A stretch of 64,000 nucleotides of DNA, taken from the human T2T-CHM13v2.0 reference genome, Homo sapiens. Below, one piece after another: positions 62,853 through 64,000 of this stretch. The translations under genes were made by a program, and so were the position numbers. Positions within the stretch are counted from its first letter, which is position 1; every line of letters starts with the position of its first letter. The notes below the pieces were generated by a model. That model did not search any database. It was not told where the DNA came from and saw only the letters and a program-made list of their open reading frames with translations. Location of the stretch: the NCBI RefSeq assembly GCF_009914755.1, contig NC_060929.1; one strand, written 5' to 3'.

Positions 62853-64000
62853 TGTACAGCATTTTTAAAATATGAAAAACATTCTTACCTTCAGGATGGT
62901 ACAAATACAGGTTACAGGTCAATTTTAACTGGCCGGTCATAGTTTGCCCATTCCTGGAAAGAAGGGGAAGAAGGAACCAAAGAGTCTGAGGGCCTGCAAA
63001 AAGTTTTAGTTGAGAGATGAAAGTAAGGGATAAGAAGAGACAGATACTGTAGTATCTATAGGGTGAAAGACAGAGATTGGGATTACTACATCTATAGTTG
63101 TAGGTTCTAAATGGATCCTCCTTAGATGTCCTTCAAGTTACTGGATTGAGTTTCTTTGAAGGAAAAAAAGTGTTAAATCTGCGGTCTACATGTCCTAGTC
63201 TTAGTTCCTTCTAAACTATATATATCCACATGTCTAATCTTGTTTCCTCATCTAAACTATATAGCCTTGAGAACAATTAAGGGAAGGGTAGATCGCCACC
63301 TACGTGGTATTTGGCCTTCAGATCAATGCTTAGTCTCATTACTAGGTCTCAAAGGCCATCTATTTCCTTTTCTTATTGTTGCTACTGGTTCCTGGCTCTG
63401 TTATTTATGCTAATAGAAAAGGCTTGTATTGTTCATCAATTATTACAGCTCTTTTAGTTTAGTGGTTCATTTAATATTACAGTTCTCTATATTGAAGGCC
63501 TTGCATCAGTTTCTGGGCCAATGACCTGATGACGATAACAACAACAACAATAGTAATTTAAAAGTGGGCTTTACCACTGTTCCATATCATTTATTCCCAC
63601 AATAACCCTATAAAGGAAGTATTCCTCTAGATGAGAAAAGTGAGGCTCAATGCATTTAAGTAACTTATCCAAGGGCAGAGCTAGTAAAGGGCAGAACTGT
63701 ATATTTAACAGACACAATGCAGTCTCTTAAAAACAAAATCCCTTAATGCTCACAAACCAGTAACCCAGATACAGCCCAGACACTTCAATTCTCTCCATCT
63801 TGGAGTATGGTCATGGTCTCATTTTCCATCCTCAGTTTCCAAGAAGGCTGAAGTACCCTTATTTATCTAAGTTCTGAATTGGGTTTAGGGCACCAGATCT
63901 AGGGATGTTTGGGAACATCATATACTTAAAATTTCAGAAGTCCTAGGGAGAGCAATCAGGCAAGAGAAATAAGTAAAAGGAATCCAGATAGGAAAAGAAG

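Larger units (their letters stand above)
60110..62956. mobile_element. MER58-like hAT element split by the Alu-L1 insertion (pieces about 60110-60215 and 62853-62956)
   Basis: ctggggttggaaaac left terminus; catagtttgcccattcctg right terminus. Confidence 0.6.

Overview
Primate, apparently human, genomic DNA from the MCC locus (5q22). The minus strand carries one 245-nt MCC coding exon (3648-3892, EF-hand region); the rest is repeat-rich intron (Alu, L1, L2/MIR, MaLR and MER4 LTRs, DNA transposons) containing the intronless testis kinase gene TSSK1B (52433-53536, minus). The main finding is how TSSK1B arrived. It sits inside a ~3.95 kb insertion (51847-55790) with the hallmarks of L1-mediated retrotransposition on the PLUS strand: a TT/AAAA target, a 10-bp TSD (AAAAGTTTAT) and a poly(A) tail added at a MER4 LTR. 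The insertion starts with DGCR2 exon 1, joined at its exon end to a long exon containing TSSK1 in antisense. The gene therefore seems to have moved as an antisense passenger, bringing its own upstream region. Other notable items: a spliced-5'UTR L1 (SpIRE-like) with intact ORF1, an orphan polyadenylated insert in that L1, an Alu-L1 chimera, a templated 200-bp local copy, and several fold-back palindromes. Gene and repeat-family names come from recalled sequences, not a database search; many repeat boundaries are approximate.
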